Positions 61,841-64,000 of a DNA stretch of 64,000 nucleotides are shown here, piece by piece (within the stretch, counting starts at the first letter, position 1; every line of letters starts with the position of its first letter). Source of the DNA: Podarcis filfolensis (Eukaryota). The stretch is taken from assembly GCA_964270895.1 (NCBI GenBank), contig OZ185444.1; one strand, written 5' to 3'. A program made the position numbers and the translations under genes. The notes under the pieces were generated by a model. The model saw nothing but the letters and a program-made list of their open reading frames with translations, had not been told where the DNA came from and ran no database searches.

Positions 61841-62831
61841 TGTCACAGTGCAGTGACTACATCAAGTGTGTGATAAATAAAGTCAGTTGATCAACGATCT
61901 GGGATAAAATAGGCCGCAACTTTATTGATTCCAGATGCAGGTGAATTTTGCCTCAGGAATTGGGTATATATCCGTTTTACCCTTCTGCTGGAGGGCAGAG
62001 ACATTTCAGGGTTGTACCAGCGATTATGGGGATGCGGGTGGCGCTCTGGGTTAAACCACAGAGTCTAGGACTTGCCGATCTGAAGGTTGGCGGTTCGAAT
62101 CCCCGCAACGGGGTGAGCTCCCGTTGCTCAGTCCCTGCTCCTGCCAACCTAGCAGTTCAAAAGCACATCAAAGTGCAAGTAGATAAATAGGTACCGCTCC
62201 GGCAGGAAGGTAAATGGCGTTTCTGTGCGCTGCTCTGGTTCGCCAGAAGTGGCTTAGTCATGCTGGCCACATGACCTGGAAGCTGTACGCCGGCTCCCTC
62301 GGCCAAATCGCGAGATGAGCGCGCAACCCCAGAGTCGCCCACGACCTAATGGTCAAGGGTCCTTTTACCTTTACCTTTTAGCAGCGATTATGGCCTCTGC
62401 AAGATGCCTGACTACCATGAAGGCTACCCACAGACCATCGCTGCAAATTCTCAGACCCATCTGGGCAAAGACTTCCACTATGACCCCTTTAATAGGGTGT
62501 GCTGAATATGCCACAGGTTTAGTTCAGCACCAATTCACCCAACTTCTGATGACTAGGATTATAAAAGGTCATTGATAGGGGAGGGAAGGAAGATTTGCTC
62601 TTCCGCAAGGGAGGGAGTCAGGCGTGACTGGCTTTTATGTATCGCTAGCTGGCCAAGCGTGGAAACAGCCAATACCTGCCAACCAGCAAGGCACTGTCCA
62701 TTAGGATGGGGCTTCTGATTGGCATATTTAAATTTGCATTTTTGGTGGCCCAGCCAGCCAGGAAAATTCTCCAATGGCCACCTGAACACATGTGTTCTGG
62801 TTGCTGCCGCCCGCTCAGGAAAAGGGTAACA
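61841..62831 (-). mobile_element. Possible solo LTR interrupted by a Sauria SINE
   Basis: TGTCAC...GTAACA ends; minus-strand AATAAAG ~80 nt from the left end; CCAAT/ATTGG and octamer motifs. No TSD found. Confidence 0.4.
62030..62381 (+). mobile_element. Full-length Sauria SINE
   Basis: 12-bp TSD CAGCGATTATGG (62018-62029, 62382-62393). Confidence 0.95.
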
Positions 62832-64000
62832 GTCCATTCTAGGCGTAAAAAATTAACAGCTATTGTTTAAGCGGAGCATTGCTCTCAAATGCTGGAGACA
62901 CTCATTGAATTGTTTTGATATATATTAAGGCACACACTGAGTTATCTTTTTTTTTTAACACGAACCATGCAGATAGCATTGCATTTTTGTGTGTAACCCT
63001 CCTACTCCATGATATTTAGAAGATCACAAATTAGTCATTGGATTTAAGAGAGTGTCATCAGATATAGTCAATCTATTCACTTACAGTCCATTAATCATCT
63101 CATCTGCACGTCTATATTATTTTTTGTCAGTTCAGTGAGAAACATCTATTTCTGTTTTGCTTATAAATGGAGTCAGTGGCCATTTACTTGTTCAGAATTC
63201 CTTGGTACATTCCCCCCCCCCTTTCCTTTGGAAACTTGGCAGAAGAAACTTTGAAAAACATGTTTACACACAAGTATTTGACTGTGTCTAAATAAGCTGC
63301 CATTTAAAACCCTCAATTAAAATTCGGTTACCAGCTTGTAAGATATTGTCCCTGCCAGGTTTATGCATTAACCTTTGGTTTCTTGGGAGATAGTAACAAA
63401 TTTTCATTTCCAAGTTAGTCTATATCTCCAATAATAAGTACACTATCAGGACCCAAACTTGCATCAAAATCCCCCAGAAGAACAGTATTAGTACTAGGCT
63501 TTATCTCCAAGCTATTATAGCAGATGTCTTGAATCCTGCCAAACGTGAAGGGGAAAAAAAGAATGAAGAGTTTTGGAAGGACAATACTTTTTTTTAAAAA
63601 AAAGTCCCACAAACACAAAATCTGAAATAGTAGTGTCAAATTTCCTACAAGGATTTACCGTATTTTTCTGTGTATAACCGCCCCCCCCACTTTGATGTTC
63701 CTAACACAGTGGTTTCCCTTCACCCCCAGAAGTGCACTCTGTTGTCTCTCAAGACAGATGGATGCCAACAAAATATGCTTGTGAATTGGTTGGCACCTTT
63801 TCTCTGTGCTTTTAGGAACAGTAAACACATTTCTGATTAGATGTGCATTTCAACGATTGTCTTTGTAATTTACTGACCTTATGACTTGGCTTTTTACTAC
63901 TGCTGTTGTTATGATTGTCTTTATTCCATTGATTTACTACTGTTTTTGAGTGTCTTGAGAGACAGATGGGCATAAGTATTTTAATAATTAACTAAACAGA

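Noticed and set aside
5327-62381. Recurrent ORFs such as AEGAGVQLPGHVASMTKPLLANQSS as a repeated peptide or repeat-spacer system
   Set aside because: They are translations of dispersed Sauria SINE copies, with no regular spacing and no cas genes.
35341-62600. Hammerhead ribozyme (retrozyme/Penelope) in the LTR-like elements
   Set aside because: The CTGATGA-like hits I checked (e.g. ~62545, ~55119; CTGATGC in copies A/B) lack stem II followed by GAAA.
15179-64000. Further TAFA5 exons (QLAAGTCEIVTLDRD..)
   Set aside because: Not seen in the ORF track or by eye; they probably lie beyond the window.

Overview
Vertebrate nuclear DNA from a squamate reptile, most likely a lacertid lizard (eight Sauria/POM-type SINEs, Bov-B, L2, CR1 and hAT elements). 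The only host protein-coding sequence I can support is one 91-nt first coding exon of TAFA5 (FAM19A5), + strand, 15088-15178 (MQLLKALWAIAGAAICCFLIFVIHSQFLKE/G, GT donor). It lies just downstream of a CpG island (~12.9-14.7 kb). I did not find the next TAFA5 exon (..QLAAGTCEIVTLD..), so 15.2-64 kb appears to be one intron of more than 48 kb. The rest is transposon-derived: LINE fragments (Rex1/Babar, L1, L2, CR1, three RTE lineages), tRNA-derived SINEs, hAT and Tc1/pogo MITEs, solo-LTR-like elements and microsatellites. Nearly all ORFs in the supplied track are TE remnants or chance ORFs. I see no CRISPR, rRNA, intact tRNA or prokaryote-type system, and I cannot claim a new biological system. 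The most unusual observation is a three-copy ~0.8-kb LTR-like family with no target-site duplication (TSD) and a shared terminal hairpin, which may come from tyrosine-recombinase (DIRS/Ngaro) or rolling-circle elements. All family names come from recalled consensus features, not database searches.
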